A DNA stretch of 64,000 nt from Candidatus Omnitrophota bacterium. GTDB taxonomy: Bacteria; Omnitrophota; Omnitrophia; Omnitrophales; Aquincolibacteriaceae. Under the pieces are notes generated by a model. It saw only the letters and a program-made list of their open reading frames with translations. It did no database searches and had not been told where the DNA came from. Of this stretch, positions 61,354 to 64,000 are shown piece by piece. A program made the translations under genes and the position numbers. The stretch's first letter is position 1; the number at the start of each line of letters is the position of its first letter. Location: assembly GCA_043808175.1 (NCBI GenBank), contig JAZDFE010000004.1, forward strand, positions 21 through 64,020. The letters run 5' to 3'.

Positions 61354-62692
61354 AAAGCGACCCGAGATAGGACCGACCGTTCAGTTCCAGATCGGAGACA
61401 ACCACCTGGTTGATCCGGTTCTTGTCATCCGCTACCGGATCGTCGCCGGTGCGCTCGGCCCAGGTCGAATGGATCACATAGAACTGATCGTTCACGGTCC
61501 CGAGATAGATCATCTGGTGCTTCGGCAGCTTCAAGAGCGTAATCCCGGGTCGTGCGGACCTCAGGGTTGCTTTTCTTTGCGCGTCATCCCGGAAAGGTTC
61601 AAAATATCCAAGCTGCGTCCCGACCATGGCTTGCTGTTTGGAATCGCGCGGCAGGTCAACACCCATGCTTAAGAAAACGTCATGCGTAAATCCTGAACAG
61701 TCGCGACCGTTGTATTGCCCGCCCCAGCCATAGCGCGCGCCCAAGAGTTTGAACGCTTGGCGGATCACGTTCGCCTGGCTGTACACCGGAAAACCTTTGG
61801 TCACATCGCTTTTGCGACTGATGTAACATTTCGTAAGCCCCACGGCCCCACCCTCTTTGCGATACGGTATCCACACGGGATAGGGCCCTTCGGAAGACTT
61901 GGAAGAAGCCATCGGGATCACCGTTCCCATGCTCGGCCGTTGAAAAACGTCTTTTAGAGTCACGTCGCGGAACACGCGGACACTTTCACCCGTGACCACA
62001 AGAAAACTGCCAGACTTAAGACGCGTCTTAAGCTCTTCGCGTCCATCGAAGATCGCGATATCTTTCGCCTTGACCCACCCCCGGACATACGGCGCCTGGA
62101 CATAGAACCATTTTTCATCACTGGACTTATGATAGATCGCCACCGGCGTCCAAAGCTTGATCAATGTGAATTGCAACTGATCAAACTCGACATCCCCCTT
62201 TCCTTCGATCATTTTTACCATCGTCGGGACCGCACGCACCGAGGTGGCCCGTGTCGCCACGCCCCACTTCACTTTGATCTTGGAGGGCACTTGGTCGATC
62301 TGTATGAGGGGCTTGACCTCTTGCTCAAAAAAACTTTGGGGAACTACTTTATCGTTTTCGTCGAAAAGCTCGCGGTTTTTGAGTGTGTCATACTCTAATT
62401 GAAGCTGGTCGATGACCGTCTTTCCGGGGCGGGTCTTTTCGAGCTTGAGAATGTCGATGTTCTCAGGCACCATGTGCTTGATCTCATCATTGAAATGTTT
62501 CATTTGATCCATCGTCTTGATGGGCTTTTCCGCGCCCGGAATGCGTTTGATCCAGTAATCCGGTGACTGCATCGCGGGAGTGGCGCTCGTGAGGATCATC
62601 GGACCCTTGGGAAGTGGTGGAAGCTCTTCATCGGCATAGGCTGTTGAAAAAACAAAGAGAAACGCGAGCAAGAATAAAACGCTTCTTTTCAT
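61319..62692 (-). CDS. Secreted NlpC/P60-family peptidoglycan hydrolase with an N-terminal SH3-like region
   Basis: The signal peptide MKRSVLFLLAFLFVFSTAYA and the C-terminal papain-like core GARYGWGGQYNGRDCSGFTHDVF...H. Confidence 0.8.
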   Translation of the reverse strand: MKRSVLFLLAFLFVFSTAYADEELPPLPKGPMILTSATPAMQSPDYWIKRIPGAEKPIKTMDQMKHFNDEIKHMVPENIDILKLEKTRPGKTVIDQLQLEYDTLKNRELFDENDKVVPQSFFEQEVKPLIQIDQVPSKIKVKWGVATRATSVRAVPTMVKMIEGKGDVEFDQLQFTLIKLWTPVAIYHKSSDEKWFYVQAPYVRGWVKAKDIAIFDGREELKTRLKSGSFLVVTGESVRVFRDVTLKDVFQRPSMGTVIPMASSKSSEGPYPVWIPYRKEGGAVGLTKCYISRKSDVTKGFPVYSQANVIRQAFKLLGARYGWGGQYNGRDCSGFTHDVFLSMGVDLPRDSKQQAMVGTQLGYFEPFRDDAQRKATLRSARPGITLLKLPKHQMIYLGTVNDQFYVIHSTWAERTGDDPVADDKNRINQVVVSDLELNGRSYLGSLFDRILSINEID

Positions 62693-62803
62693 GAAGGAAC
62701 CCCATTGTATGCTGTTAAATGCGGAAGGAAACCTTGCATAATCTACTCATAAAAACTGTTTGTGACCATGAAATTCGTTTGCTTTGTAACGGCATAAGCA
62801 GGG

Positions 62804-64000
62804 TCAAGCTTGATGACTCAACTCGCGAATGATCGCCCGCCCGACCACGATCCCGCTTGACCAAGCCCACTGGAAATTGAACCCGCCGATACGGCCGTTT
62901 ACGTCCAAAACCTCTCCTGCAAAAAAAAGCCGGGCGCACAAATTCGATGCTAAGGTCTTCGCGTCAACCTCCCGGAGGTCCACCCCGCCCGCGGTGACCT
63001 CGGCTTTTTCATATCCTTGCGAACCGCTCACTCCGACCGGACAATTAAAAAGGGAACGGATGAAAGGCTCCCTTTCTCTTTTGGAAATCTGATCAAGCCG
63101 CGATCTTGGGTCGATCCCGTTTTTTTTGAGAAGGACTTCCGCGAGTCTCTCGGGAAAATATTGCGTGAGAGAGCGTTTCCAACTCCGGTCCGGATGTTCC
63201 ACGACCCCACGCGCCCACTCCGCCAAAAGATCCGTCTCTCGGCGTACCGGGAGAAAATTCACGACCAGGTCTTTTTGCTTTGCCTGGCAACGGAGCCAGG
63301 GCCCGCTGATATCAAGCATCGCGGGTCCGCTGAAACCGATATGCGTGAAAAGCAACGCGCCTTCGCTTTGGGCGACCTTTTTCCCTTCGGCAATAACGGA
63401 AAGCTTGACCGGCAGCGTAATGCCCGCGAGGGTTTTCCAATCGGGGTCTTCTGTGATGAGGGGCGTAAGCGCGGGCGTGGTCGGGACGATCCCATGTCCC
63501 AAAGACTTCGCCAGAGAGTAACCCGAGCCGTCGCTACCGGTCCCAGGGTACGACAAACCGCCGGTCGCGATCACGAGCGCTTTGGAGGAACACTCGAAAT
63601 CTTCTCCCAGAACACGGAAAATTCCGCACTCTTTAGAAACCGTTTTGACTTTTTCCCCTATTTGGATCGTAACGCCGGCGCGCTTGGAAGCCCGGAGTAA
63701 CGCCTGAAGCACGACTTTCGCGGACTGCCCCTCGGGAAAGTATTTTGTCCCTTCCTCCAAGACCATCTCCACGCCGAATTCTTTGAAAAATTTCAGAGTG
63801 CGCTCGGGAGGAAAGGCGCGCAAAATATTGCGCACGGTCCGCGGTTCGCCGGTTTGATAGTCCTTTTCGCCGGCCTTAAGGTTGGTCACATTGCAACGAC
63901 CGCCGCCCGAGAGAAGAAGCTTGGCTCCGATCGTTTTTTGGGAATCAAGGACGAGAGTTCGAAGTCCGCCTTTGGCACAGGGGATCGCGGCCATAAGGCC
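62804..64000 (-). CDS. HI0933/YhiN/BaiN-like FAD-dependent flavoprotein; N-terminus probably beyond the right window edge
   Basis: The SGGGRCNVTN motif and a C-terminal AGEVLDVNGRIGGFNFQWAWSSG. The frame is still open at 64000 (..GLMAAIPCAKGG resembles the end of the FAD GxGxxG region). Confidence 0.8.
   Translation of the reverse strand, partial: GLMAAIPCAKGGLRTLVLDSQKTIGAKLLLSGGGRCNVTNLKAGEKDYQTGEPRTVRNILRAFPPERTLKFFKEFGVEMVLEEGTKYFPEGQSAKVVLQALLRASKRAGVTIQIGEKVKTVSKECGIFRVLGEDFECSSKALVIATGGLSYPGTGSDGSGYSLAKSLGHGIVPTTPALTPLITEDPDWKTLAGITLPVKLSVIAEGKKVAQSEGALLFTHIGFSGPAMLDISGPWLRCQAKQKDLVVNFLPVRRETDLLAEWARGVVEHPDRSWKRSLTQYFPERLAEVLLKKNGIDPRSRLDQISKREREPFIRSLFNCPVGVSGSQGYEKAEVTAGGVDLREVDAKTLASNLCARLFFAGEVLDVNGRIGGFNFQWAWSSGIVVGRAIIRELSHQA

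Overview
This is 64 kb of densely coding bacterial chromosome. I saw no rRNA, transposase, integrase or CRISPR array, and all but three genes lie on the minus strand. The main result concerns the first 10 kb. The supplied ORF track shows no credible gene in 1-10200, but hand translation finds one uninterrupted minus-strand ORF. It starts at ATG 10165 and runs off the left edge (at least 3388 codons); the track omits it because it has no stop codon inside the window. The ORF encodes a giant modular protein with these parts: an N-terminal RR-containing signal or anchor, two SAM-methyltransferase-like modules, two CheY-like receiver domains, a canonical twin-arginine-signal-like segment about 2778 residues in, and an HExxH motif. 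Ten copies of the pentapeptide R-[SA]-E-[MVA]-R sit in low-complexity linkers between the modules. This polyprotein-like layout does not match any described family I know. The rest of the window is recognisable: an ABC-F ATPase; DUF2132 plus a translationally coupled small basic protein; RlpA behind a structured leader (possible ydaO/c-di-AMP-class riboswitch); two histidine kinase/receiver pairs (one kinase has a degenerate GGDEF tail); and a stand-alone MshEN/T2SSE_N domain. There is a 10-gene haem operon (hemX-like, hemA, truncated-hemC::hemD fusion, hemB, hemL, SDR-DUF2867, AhbD/NirJ-like radical SAM, hemE, hemY, hemH; no hemQ). Also present are an AmmeMemoRadiSam-type radical SAM enzyme, an orphan cytochrome b C-terminal fragment, citrate synthase, a beta-oxidation operon, tRNA-Lys(UUU), rpsB-tsf-pyrH-frr, an aspA-like lyase, metF, a sugar C-methylation/GT-C cluster, an Rrf2-sufBCDSU-sufT operon and an NlpC/P60 hydrolase. 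Several intergenic spacers carry imperfect hairpins whose arms are degenerate 5-7 nt tandem units. Taxon cannot be assigned from the sequence alone.
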